Assembly (NCBI GenBank): GCA_964016885.1
Contig: OZ024741.1
Span: 205,592,001 to 205,656,000 of the forward strand
Length of the DNA stretch: 64,000 bases
Source: Eledone cirrhosa
Lineage: Eukaryota
Reading direction: 5' to 3'
The stretch's first letter is position 1. Each line of letters begins with the position of its first letter. The translations under genes were made by a program, and so were the position numbers. Shown here in pieces: positions 13,672-24,913 of this stretch. The notes beneath the pieces were generated by a model that had not been told where the DNA came from, ran no database searches, and saw nothing but the letters and a program-made list of their open reading frames with translations.

Positions 13672-13819
13672 TATATATATATAAACACATATATATATAT
13701 ATATATTAGAGTATGGGTTGTGCGGACCAAATTATGGTCAGTTGGTTGCGAAGCAGATAAAAAGAAACGCTCAACGACCTGTATAAATGCTGCAAGTCGG
13801 AGCATTATATATTATTAAA

Positions 13820-14244
13820 AGATCGGAGGCCCTAATCAGTTGATTCAGATTTATTTAAAACTCCGTTGTTTATATTTCACCGAGGACCATCAGTTATGAT
13901 AGCCTGAGCCCTTCAGACGACAAAACCTATAAGAACTTTAAAACATTGAAAGTTCCTTAAAACATAACATTAAATTTGAAAAACCATAATTTTCAAGAAA
14001 AAGATTTTCTTTTCTTGATAGAGGGGGCCAGCCGAACGCGTGGTGTTGTTTCTCCGACGGTGGGCCCCTGTATTCATTTTTCATTTATTTATCTATTTTT
14101 TTTTTTTTAGTATCTTTCAATGTTATAAAGTTTTTATATGTTTTGCCGTCTGAAGAGCTCAGGCTATCATAACTGACAGTCCTCAGTGAAATATGTATAA
14201 CGGAGTTCTAAATAAACCGGAATCAACTGATTTTGGCTTCCGAT

Positions 14245-14246
<2 letters not shown>
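13820..14246. mobile_element. Fold-back element with ~130-bp diverged inverted arms, each carrying a hammerhead motif (PLE pLTR-derived)
   Basis: 13820-13952 is the imperfect reverse complement of 14113-14246. Followed by (CT)n(AT)n. Confidence 0.8.
14146..14203 (+). ncRNA. Minimal type I hammerhead ribozyme
   Basis: ccgt-CTGAAGA-(gctcaggctatcataactgacagtcctcagt hairpin)-GAAA-tatgta-TA-acgg. Core complete, 4-bp stem I, near-palindromic stem III. Confidence 0.75.
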
Positions 14247-14373
<127 letters not shown>

Positions 14374-14668
14374 CATAATAAACAACTCAATATAATTATT
14401 CCATTACCAAAGGTTTCAGGAGACTAGACGATTCTCACAGAAACGTCCAGTTCGTTCGACAGACAAAATAATTATGTTTGGGATATAAATTTTGAAAATG
14501 ATATCTATTAAAAATGAGTTAAAACATCTTATCACGGAAAAAATAATATATATACACATACAAATATACATACATACACACATAAAACCACATGTGCGCA
14601 TCTATTCGTACATCCATATACACTCATACATAGATATATAAGCGCATCAACCACATATATACACTCAT

Positions 14669-14798
<130 letters not shown>

Positions 14799-15155
14799 AG
14801 GTTTTTTTGTTACTGCTGTTGTTTTATTGTTCTTGTTGTTTTTCATATGTAAGGTAAAGTGTACTATACGTATATCCAAACAAAGATATCGCTTAAATGG
14901 CCTTTTGGTTGACTGTGTATATAGTGAATTGAACAGAATTTACTAACAGTGGTCACATTGTCTTTGACATCAATTGCAATTCCCAACGCATCAAGAGTTT
15001 CTTTTGAATGTCATGAAAAATAATTATGAGATACTAGGTCGAAATAAGTCGGTTTCTTTTGTTTAGGATTGGATTAGCATGGGGTGGAGGAATGGGAAGT
15101 TTCTCTGTAAAACAGGTTTTATTACTTCGGACCATTCGTAAATTATAGCATTTGC

Positions 15156-15262
15156 GGCGGTGAATTAAGTTGCTGGAATGTAGGACAAACTACTTCCGGC
15201 ATTTGTTCCAGGCCCGCGCTTTGAGTTCAAATCCCGTCGAAATCGTCTTTGCTTTTTGCCCT
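15156..15262 (+). mobile_element. Degenerate tRNA-derived SINE head
   Basis: ggcggtgaatt start, B-box gagttcaaatccc, ctttgc-ttt core; resembles the copy at 15625. Confidence 0.6.
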
Positions 15263-15624
15263 CTTTGTAAACACGGCTGGGATGGTAGTGGATTTTTTGC
15301 AGCACTATTTTCATATCAACGTTATATGTTGTATTAAACGTAAATATATACGCGTGAGAAAATAAATCCTGGTTAGCCAGAAAACCTCAACCAACCGCCA
15401 TTCAAAGCAAAAGATTCTTTCCGATTTAGCCTATTCATTTCTATAACGTCTGGGTTCAGAACTTAGTGGTTAGTATTTTGTCTCCAACACACTGAAGATG
15501 ATCAAATAACACGTCAGAGCTCATTTGTTCAGCAAGAGCATCCCGCTACGAAATTAGTTGGGTGCCAAAAAGAAGTAATCAGTATATGCGTTATTTAAAT
15601 AGATATAATTATTTTATTTATGCA

Positions 15625-15817
15625 GGACGGTGGATTGGCAGTATCGATAGAGGGTCGGACGCCATGCTTTGACGCATAGAGTTACGGCCCTTGCCATTCT
15701 GAGTTCAAATCCCGCCGGGGTTAACTTTGCCTTTCATCCTTACGGGGTCTATAAAATAAAGTACCAGTAATGCACTGGGTAATTGCTGGCCTTGTTCCAA
15801 AAGTAGAAACAATTATT
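15625..15817 (+). mobile_element. tRNA-derived SINE (~190 bp)
   Basis: A-box-like tggcagtatcga, B-box gagttcaaatccc, core ctttgcctttcatcc, tail gctggccttgt...agtagaaacaatta. Near-identical to 53961-54156. Confidence 0.9.
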
Positions 15818-16089
15818 TTATTTATGCATATTCGTGCGTATGTGAGTAAATTAGTGTGTGTGTGTGTGTGTATGTGTGTGTGTGTGTGAGGGGCGATAAG
15901 TGCGTGTACCATTGTGTGCTACTTTTTTAAAATATCCAGGTCATTTCATTTTATAAGCAAGATGATATGACTTGGATGTTAAAAAAGAGTGTCCCAAAAA
16001 GAAAAATAATTTGTTTTAAAAGTTGTGACACACATATATATACATATGCACACACACACAGACACACACACAACACTTTTCAGAGGAAG

Positions 16090-16770
16090 AGGTTGGCACA
16101 TTAATTTTTTAGAAAAATAACCCTCTGTTCACTCTGGCGGCGCGTGACTGGAGGTCCGGTGCAGGAAGCGAGCCCGAACACACTGAGCTGATGCGGATAT
16201 GTCAAGACACCGAGGACGAGTTGCCGACCCGGATGTTCTGCAAATGTTCAGCGAATCTCTCGGCCAGTCGACGGCCGGTCTGACCAATGTAAATGGCCCC
16301 ACATAGCGTGTACCAGAGTCCTTAAACGAAGCTTGTTGAAGTGCAACAAAAAGAGTCCCTAACGTGAAAGAGACGGCCGTTAGGGCTAATGAGGGTGGTG
16401 ATGTGGGTGATGGAGCTGCATGTGTGGCAGCGGGGTCGCAAGCAAGGAAGGGAAGCAGGAAAAGAATTAGAAGTAGGGAGGGAAGTGCGGAGGAGAAGGT
16501 TGTTAGTGTTGCATGCACGTTTAAAAGAGAGGCGGGATGGGAGGGGAAATGTATAAGATTGATGGAGGCGGCGGAAGAGGCAGAGGATTGTCTTTTCGTG
16601 GAGCAAGATGGAAGGGTGATAGGTAAAGGGAAAGGATAGTTGGTTGGTGGGGGGAAGGTGGCGTGGTGTAAGGACAGGGGTACGGATGAGCACAGCTTGC
16701 ATCAGAATTGAGGGTATCCTCGCCGGCTGAAGAGTCTAGCCATGTAATGAGCCAGAGCCTCAAAATCATG
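16090..16770 (-). pseudogene. Penelope-like element remnant (Neptune-like Cys linker plus GIY-YIG endonuclease)
   Basis: ORF 16322-16702 (FTYHPS...PCLRPRCHTC...DSFCCTSTSFV*) continues in frame past the stop as GLWYTLCGAIYIGQTGRRLAERFAEHL, a GIY-YIG signature. Confidence 0.85.
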
Positions 16771-16792
16771 GTTCAATATATATATATATATA

Positions 16793-16930
16793 TTGAAGGG
16801 TATGTAAATATTTATTTATAAAACTAACCTACACGTATATTATATTTTATCTGATGAAAGCGCACCATAGTATATGTATAATGAAATAAATATGGTTTCA
16901 TAAATAGTTTCCATTTGTTAATATATTGTA
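16793..16930 (+). mobile_element. Solo diverged copy of the arm of the 37725-38101 palindrome, hammerhead internally deleted
   Basis: ttgaagggta..tttatttataaaact..tattttatctgatgaaagc..atagtttccatttgttaatat matches 37946-38095. Flanked by (TA)n on both sides. Confidence 0.7.
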
Positions 16931-18004
16931 TATATATATATATATAGTAATAATAATAAATTTGAAGACTAAAATCCAAAGAGGGATCGATAAGGATAAA
17001 TATATAAGAACCGTAGAGCAAATATTTATTAATATAACAGATTAAAGTTTAAGCAAAGAATCGCTGCTTTCACCCTTAACGGGATCTTCTGAAACTAAAA
17101 AAGCCAATATGTGAACGCAGAAGTAAATATTTCAAAAAACGTTGCAACCGAAGGAAGACAGGAAGACGATACTTTGGTGCGTGGAAACGTTCCCTGGCAA
17201 AGAACGAAAAAAACCCCGAAGATAATACGTCATTATGTGGATCAATGAGAACAATTACACGCAAAGACAAAACCACGTAAATGGAATAACTGAAGTCATA
17301 GACTAAAATTCTATTTAGGAACCGAATGATTCTCGGCTTCAGAGTTAAGAATAAAGTAAATAAAATACAGAGGTAATTGAAATTAAATATATACATACAC
17401 GCATCCAAATACGTACATACACAAGCATACGCGAAAACACTCGCCATGGGTATGCAAATACAAGCAAGTACACAAAAAAAAAAACAAAAAAAACACGCAC
17501 GCACATACAGAACCCACGCAACACCTAAACCTGCACACATACGAACGTATACACGAAATACACATAAAAATATAAATAAAAACATATATATATATACATG
17601 TGTGTGTGTGCGTGTATACATAATTAAATAAACGTATATAAATATACACACATAAATATGTATATAACGCGCACACACACACCCACATGTAAATACACAT
17701 ATGTTCGCAGACGTACGTCAAGCAAAACACAAAGTACACATATACACACACCCTACATACGCACGAACCCGCATACTCACACAGACGCAAAACTCACGTA
17801 TGCACATGTACCAAATGCACATGTACCAGTATATATAATCTATGCGCCAATAACATATACAAGCAAATATACGTACGAGAAAGTATACTACCTTCACAAA
17901 ACATACAGGTAATATATACTTACCTATACGAATAAGTAATGGTATTAACATAACATATACTTAGCTACCACATCAAGACGTAAAATATCCGCGTATAGTT
18001 CGTA

Positions 18005-18630
18005 CTATACGTTAGGGTATAATGTGGGGCTGTAATACAGGAAAGTTTTGTGCAATTTATGTTTACAAGCCGAAATTGCCTCAGATTTTTTGTTTAAGAT
18101 GTAGTCTTTGGCGTAGAGTATTTCCAGGGCCTCAGCGGCGCAGAGGTCACATAGTCTTTTATTTCCGTTATACGATCTAGCCTCAGCTAGGATCTCCCAG
18201 TGTAACTTATATTGGGTGAAGGCTGTGAGTTCTTTTCTGAACCTGTCGCAAGCACGTGGGCCGCACTTTGTCATGGTCAAAAGACCGTCATCACGGGTCA
18301 AACCACCGCCCATGTTGGGGAATTCTTCCTTGATAGAGAACAGAAGGAAAAGGCCGATAAGATCAGTAACCTCCGCAGAATCGCTGGCGCCCATACTCAC
18401 GTCGAATGGGGTATTATTAGATTTTTTTAATCCAAATAGAGTCATCGAAATTAATCACCGACTTACGGGCATTGAGGATGACATCAACTTCGAAATCCTT
18501 AACCACTGTGAGTGTTTTAGCGAAATTCATAGCTCTAAGAAGAAGTGGTAAAGTGATGGAGGAGTAGTAATTATTGATGTCGAATTGGATAAAACGGCAA
18601 TGTTCCTTGTTGCATATACCGTTGAACCAA
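18005..18630 (-). pseudogene. Internally deleted PLE (Naiad-like): RT motifs fused to the endonuclease C-terminus
   Basis: FIQFDINNYYSSI, MGASDSAEVTDLIG, GGLTRDDGL (YRDDGL-type), then WEIL...CDLCAAEALEI...LNKKSEAISACKH. Confidence 0.85.
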
Positions 18631-18800
18631 TCCTTCGTAACCAGCATTTGTAATGTTTCCTCCGAGCATAAGTTACACGGACGGCGCCCTCTCGTGTAGG
18701 AGTTAGCTCTGGACAGTAAGCTGCAAGTAAGATTGTATGTTATGTTATTTTCTTGGAGGTCCCAGATGTGGCCCGAAAGTGTCGGACCGGGTTGCGGAAC
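18627..18800 (-). repeat. Inverted duplicate of part of the GIY-YIG coding region at ~19020-19205
   Basis: HIWDLQENNITYNLTCSLLSRANSYTRGRRPCNLCSEETLQM on the minus strand versus HIWDLQDNNITYNLTWSLLSRANSYTGGRRPCNLCSEETLQM on the plus strand. Confidence 0.9.
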
Positions 18801-18819
18801 GTCAAAAAAACTCAACCCC

Positions 18820-19300
18820 TATGGAAGAAACAACCTAGACATTAGTGGAGAGCCGACCAGAAGGTAGCTGCCCTGATAGATCTACGCGCCCCCTCAACAA
18901 CAGATGCCGAGAACGTAACGTGATCTACCAGTGCAACGTGAGGACGGACACCTCCAACAAAGCTTATATAGGATTAACCGCTTGTGACTTTAAGACCCGG
19001 CTCTGCCAACACCGACATACGTTCCGAAAGCCGGCCCGGCGAAATGCCACTACATTTTCAAACCACATCTGGGACCTCCAAGATAATAACATAACATACA
19101 ATCTTACTTGGAGTTTACTGTCCAGAGCTAACTCATACACGGGAGGACGCCGTCCGTGTAACTTATGCTCGGAGGAAACATTACAAATGCTGTTTACGAA
19201 GGACCAACTCCTAAACAAAAAAAGACGAACTGGTAACGGCATGCGTACACCGATTGCGTAGGACTTACCTCGCCCTCAAACCTCCTAACGACCCGGGTGG
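18820..19300 (+). pseudogene. PLE GIY-YIG endonuclease domain (Naiad-like), 5'-truncated
   Basis: NVIYQC...AYIGLTACDFKTRLCQH...IWDL...CNLCSEE...LLNKK, then after a homopolymer frameshift ELVTACVH. Confidence 0.9.
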
Positions 19301-20098
19301 GTAGACAATGGCTGAAACATCCCACTTGCCGAATAAGATAGGGGAAACCCCAGCTGACATAAGTAGATGTACCTCTTTTCTTTTCCTCTCTGTTTCTATT
19401 CTTCCCTCTGTCTCCCCCTATCACTTCCTTCCACTCCCGATCTTCTTCCTCTTTCTTTTCCCCCTTTCGCCTACCTCGAGGAAGCCCATCGGGCCTCTGT
19501 AGCCTCAGTACCCCACCCCAGTAAATTAAAGATAGAATTGGCCGAAAATGCAATACTAACTAATCAAAGCAGCTGTGTTAGACCCCAGAGATTTTGTATT
19601 ACTTTTTACTACACAATTCTATAACTTCAAAAATTCTTATTTAGTATCTTCTATTCTCAACTTATTAACCTATTCTCTAGCAGTGGCCGAAAAAGCAACA
19701 CCAACTAATTATAGCAGCTGTTTTGGACTCCACAGTACTTGCTTTTTATCACTTCTTACTATCCAATTTTATATTTTTATATATCTTTCTCTTATTTTTT
19801 TATTGTCTCCAAACCTCAATTGATTTGCCTATTCTATAACATTCCTCCTCTATTTTCTCCAGAACCCCTTTTCGCCTGCTTTCTCTGGCCTACACAATTC
19901 CATACACAATCCCATACACAATCCTTAGAATTTGCTGTATAGATTTCAACGCTTGACCGGCTCCACCCACTCCCTCATTGCTCTACAGGCAAGTTCAGCC
20001 ATCCCCACCGCCCACCCACTGCCATGATAGACTTAATTGTATTTACAAGAAATTTTGACCAATCCTCTTGACAACTACAATCTTCCCATATAAGGAAG

Positions 20099-20196
20099 TA
20101 CCCCTTGGAAAGTTCGGCTATTTATTTACTAGGCTAAAAATTCTAATTTAGTCCAGAAATAGCCGTCGAAACGGCTTGAGCTCTGCCGTCGGGGAC
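20099..20196 (+). ncRNA. Type I hammerhead motif at the PLE 3' end (U3:A8 variant, A6G)
   Basis: cccc-TTGGAAA-(g..cggctattt...aaatagccg.c)-GAAA-cggc..gccg-TC-gggg. GUC triplet. The 3' half recurs at 42978-43007. Confidence 0.6.
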
Positions 20197-20226
20197 ATAC
20201 CTTTTCCTATATATATATATATATAT

Positions 20227-22717
20227 ATATGAAAAAGTTTGTCCTCATCAGTGGCCTTCCAACCGTCGTAGGCATTTCGTCGCATTAAAGGCCATACACC
20301 TCAGGTTGGTGCGAGCAACGGCTAAAAAAAGTCGTTGGGACACGTAAATAAGGGGGACGCTAGGGTAAACAGACAAAATGGTTTAAGCAACAGAAAGTGA
20401 TGAAGAAGAAACAAGTCCCAGATTTCTATGAATATAAATTCGGTGGAATGGTGAACGAGAGAATAAAGACCATCAAACCAGGTTGAAATATGAGCAAGGA
20501 AGGAATTTCGCACAGGTCTAACGGGAGGAAGAAGGGGTCTGGTCTGCGAATTCGGTAAACATAAGTTCTGTGAAGTCGCAGACGAGAGAGAGAGAAAAAA
20601 AATTCACACCGGCTTGGCCAAGTGCCCGCGAGAAAAGGATTACGGACAGGTCAAACGGGAAGAAAGGGGAGGAGGAGAGGTAGTGACAGAGAGTGAGTGA
20701 GTGAAAGGTGAGGAAGAGGCTAACAGAAAGAGAGAGACTGCTAGAAAGGGTAAAGACACAAAGAACGAAACAGACTGGTGGCAGCGGAGGAAAAAATATG
20801 TGTAAATATGATAATAATGGAGTTGCGGCGCTGCAAATGGGTTACATATGAAAAAGTTTGTCCTCATCAGTGGCCTTCCAACCGTCGTAGGCATTTCGTC
20901 GCATTACAGGCCATATACCTCAGGTTGGTGCGAGCAACGGCTAAAAAAAGTCGTTGGGACACGTAAAAAAGGGGGACGCGAGGGTAAACAAACAAAATGG
21001 TTTAAGCAACAGAAAGTGATGAAGAAGAAACAATTGCCAGATTTCTATGAATATAAATTCGGTGGAATGGTGAACGAGAGAATAAAGACCATCAAACCAG
21101 GTTGAAATGTGAGCAAGGAAGGAATTTCGCACAGGTCTAACGGGAGGAAGAAGGGGTCTGGTCTGCGAATTCGGTAAAAATAAGTTCTGTGAAGTCGCAG
21201 ACGAGAGAGAGAGAAAAAAAATTCATACCGGCTTGGCCAAGTGCCCGCGAGAAAAGGATTACGGACAGGTCAAACGGGAAGAAAGGGGAGGAGGAGAGGT
21301 AGTGACAGAGAGTGAGTGAGTGAAAGGTGAAGAAGAGGCTAACAGAGAGAGAGAGACTGCTAGAAAGGGTAAAGACACAAAGAACGAAACAGACTGGTGC
21401 CAGCGGAGGAAAAATATATGTGTAAATATGATAATAATGGAGCTGCGGCGCTGCAAATGGGTTACATATGAAAAAGTTTGTCCTCATCAGTGGCCTTCCA
21501 ACCGTCGTAGGCATTTCGTCGCATTACAGGCCATATACCTCAGGTTGGTGCGAGCAACGGCTAAAAAAAGTCGTTGGGACACGTAAATAAGGGGAATGCG
21601 AGGGTAAACAAACAAAATGGTTTAAGCAACAGAAAGTGATGAAGAAGAAACAATTGCCAGATTTCTATGAATATAAATTCGGTGGAATGGTGAACGAGAG
21701 AATAAAGACCATCAAACCAGGTTGAAATGTGAGCAAGGAAGGAATTTCGCACAGGTCTAACGGGAGGAAGAAGGGGTCTGGTCTGCGAATTCGGTAAAAA
21801 TAAGTTCTGTGAAGTCGCAGACGAGAGAGAGAGAAAAAAATTCATACCGGCTTGGCCAAGTGCCCGCGAGAAAAGGATTACGGACAGGTCAAACGGGAAG
21901 AAAGGGGAGGAGGAGAGGTAGTGACAGAGAGTGAGTGAGTGAAAGGTGAGGAAGAGGCTAACAGAAGGAGAGAGACTGCTAGAAAGGGTAAAGACACAAA
22001 GAACGAAACAGACTGGTGGCAGCGGAGGAAAAAATATATGTGTAAATATGATAATAATGGAGCTGCGGCGCTGCAAATGGGTAACATATGAAAAAGATTG
22101 TCCTCATCAGTGGTCTTCCAACCGTCGTAGGCATTTCGTCGCATTACAGGCCATATACCTCAGGTTGGTGCGAGCAACGGCTAAAAAAAGTCGTTGGGAC
22201 ACGTAAATAGGGGGGACGCTAGGGTAAACAGACAAAATTGTTTAAGCAACAGAAAGTGATGAAGAAGAAACAAGTACCAGATTTCTATGAATATAAATTC
22301 GGTGGAATGGTGAACGAGAGAATAAAGACCATCAAACCAGGTTGAAATGTGAGCAAGGAAGGAATTTCGCACAGGTCTAACGGGAGGAAGAAGGGGTCTG
22401 GTCTGCGAATTCGGTAAACATAAGTTCTGTGAAGTCGCAGACGAGAGAGAGAGAAAAAAAATTCATACCGGCTTGGCCAAGTGCCCGCGAGAAAAGGATT
22501 ACGGACAGGTCAAACGGGAAGAAAGGGGGGGAGGAGATGTAGTGACAGAGAGTGAGTGAGTGAAAGGTGAGGAAGAGGCTAACAGAGAAAGAGATACTGC
22601 TAGAAAGGGTAAAGACACAAAGAACGAAACAGACTGGTGCCAGCGGAGGAAAAAATATATGTGTAAATATGATAATAATGGAGCTGCGGCGCTGCAAATG
22701 GGTTACATATGAAAAAG
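20227..22717. repeat. Tandem array of four ~620-bp units inserted in (TA)n
   Basis: The G of atatgaaaaag falls at 20231, 20850, 21470, 22090 and 22711 (periods 619-621). Units differ by scattered substitutions. Confidence 0.97.
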
Positions 22718-22754
22718 ATATATATATATATATAATATATGTATATATATACAA

Positions 22755-22925
22755 CACAGCTAGACCGGACCAACAGGGATCGAAATCCCCGTGGGGAAAT
22801 CGATACGGGACTTGGGGATAGACATGAGCGATGATGTAGCTTTGTCTTCACACATCATGAGGGTGGCGGCAATGTGCAAGCGACTCGCTGGCTGGATCTT
22901 GAGGATTCTCCGGACCAGAGACCGC
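22755..22925 (+). pseudogene. CR1/L2-group LINE RT C-terminal fragment
   Basis: Translates as DLGIDMSDDVALSSHIMRVAAMCKRLAGWILRILRTRD. Confidence 0.75.
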
Positions 22926-22988
22926 TTTAGGGACGAAAATTTAATTTAAAAATTGTTTTAAAATATCAAATTTTGCCAACTATAAAAC

Positions 22989-24872
22989 ATGAATAACACG
23001 GAAAGAACGCTGGAGAACGTCGACAGAGAAAAGAGAGAGAAAGAGAAAGATTTTAACATTAAATCTTTCTTCTGCAGGTATAACTATGAACGTCGCCATA
23101 GATACGACTGTCAACAAAGGGAAAAGAATATTGCCACTTGAAGATTGTACAATTTCTACCGTCGAAGCGGAGAGAAATGAAAACTCAGGAATTAAACCCA
23201 TTAACATACAGACACATGAAAAAGTCAACATCAACAACTCCACAGATACATCTACACATAAAGTTTCACCTCGTCAAGGAACTGAGATTTCCAACACAGA
23301 GGCTAACAACGATAACAACAACAACAACAACAGCAACACCACACAAAAAAATGTCTTTCGATGAAACAGTGAACAAAAAACAAGATTTTATAAATCTTGA
23401 CATCTCCAATGCAAGAGATATGCTCCAGCAAGGGAGAACATTTGTAACTTTCGAAGAGAAAGGTGGGTTTAGAATTAACTCACCCATTGAAATAAAAGAA
23501 GACGCAGTTCGAAGAACAGTGATCTTTAGGACTGTATCCAATACCACGAGAAAGCCGATATTTGTTAGTCAAACAGATATAGAAGCTACTTTCAAGGAAA
23601 TTCTAGCAAATATCGACTTTCTCCAACAAGGAAAACAGTACGGAAGTGTTTCCGTACTGTTTAAAAGCGAGGCACTCGCCCCAAAACATTCTGTGACACC
23701 AATAGTGTCAAAAGCATTCACCTTTTTCCCTACATACATGGGAAAAAGGACAAAAAAAATATACCCCAAACATTAACATCTGGTGGATCTTGGCTGGCTT
23801 CGTAGAGCCAGAAACTGATATGATTCTTTCGATACGAAAGTCTATTCGACAAAGGTGGGCGGGTACTGATTTGGAGATTATGTTACAAATGAGGCCGGAG
23901 AGAATCTCCAAAGTACCCGAAAGAGTCGTCATCGACAACAACAACAAAATAAACATCTCGGTAGAAGGACGAAAAATTCATTGCTTTCGCTGTGGTAGCA
24001 CAGCACACCTAAAAACCTCCTGTCCTTCACAAACACACCACAACATCATTAAAAAAACACTATTACCAACACCAACACCAAAACAACCACCACCACCACA
24101 AGTACAACGACAGACGAAACAAGCAAACACACCAAAACAAACAGCCACTCAACCAACAACAACAGAAAAAACACATACAACACTCCTAAAGAACACAGCC
24201 CCACCCCATCCCACTCCATCAAACAATACCACAAACACACACACCGAAACACCACCACCACCACACAACATATCCCTACCCCACACTCCTGGCGATGATT
24301 ATTCATCGACGGATGAAGCTGCTTCTCCTTCTTTAAGTGAAGAAGAGGGAGAACCGCGGAAATCTAAAAAACAAAAAAGAGACACCACAAAACCCCCCAA
24401 AACTCCAATTACCAACACCAACACACAACCACAGACACAAAGAACAACACAAACAAACATCCCCCTACAAGCAAAACCAACACCAACACCACCCCAAACA
24501 CAAGCACCCACCATAAAAAGAAAACTTCCGGACGAACAACAAACTAAAACAACACAACAAAAATACAAAAAAACAAGAGTTTGATGGAGGTCATCTCCCA
24601 AAACCCCAAGGTGGAGACGGAGGGCAAAACTTTCGTCAAGGCATAATCGTCTCCACACCTTAAACTTATAAGGGTTTCGATGGAAATCTATAATGACCTG
24701 AAAAATAAATTTTCACAGGACGTGGGCAACCCCTGCCAGAAACCCATCAACCGCGTCCTGTTAAAATGTGTTCCCCACCCCACCCAACACCCCACCCAAC
24801 ACCCCACCCAACACCCCATCAAGCACCCAAATGGAGATTGAACAACCCGATCTCCAGGAAACGAAAAGGTAA
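22989..24872 (+). pseudogene. Copy 1 ORF1 (gag-like, zinc knuckle), frameshifted
   Basis: RTVIFRT..., CFRCGSTAHLKTSC (CX2CX4HX4C), Pro/Thr/Gln-rich tail, ends MEIEQPDLQETKR*. Colinear with copy 3 ORF1. Confidence 0.8.
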
Positions 24873-24913
24873 GTGCACCTTACGTCCTTTTTCTTCAACT
24901 CTTCATCACCAAC

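Noticed and set aside
15485-15566. CTGAAGA...GAAA-ttag-tt hammerhead-like motif
   Set aside because: Stems I and II do not pair convincingly; at best a decayed relic.
15625-15720. tRNA gene
   Set aside because: A and B boxes are present but there is no cloverleaf, and it continues into a SINE body repeated across the window.
20227-22717. CRISPR-like or protein-coding reading of the 620-bp array; tctgcgaattc resembling the end of an HDV-like ribozyme
   Set aside because: No unique spacers, short ORFs vary between units, and I could not build the HDV double pseudoknot.
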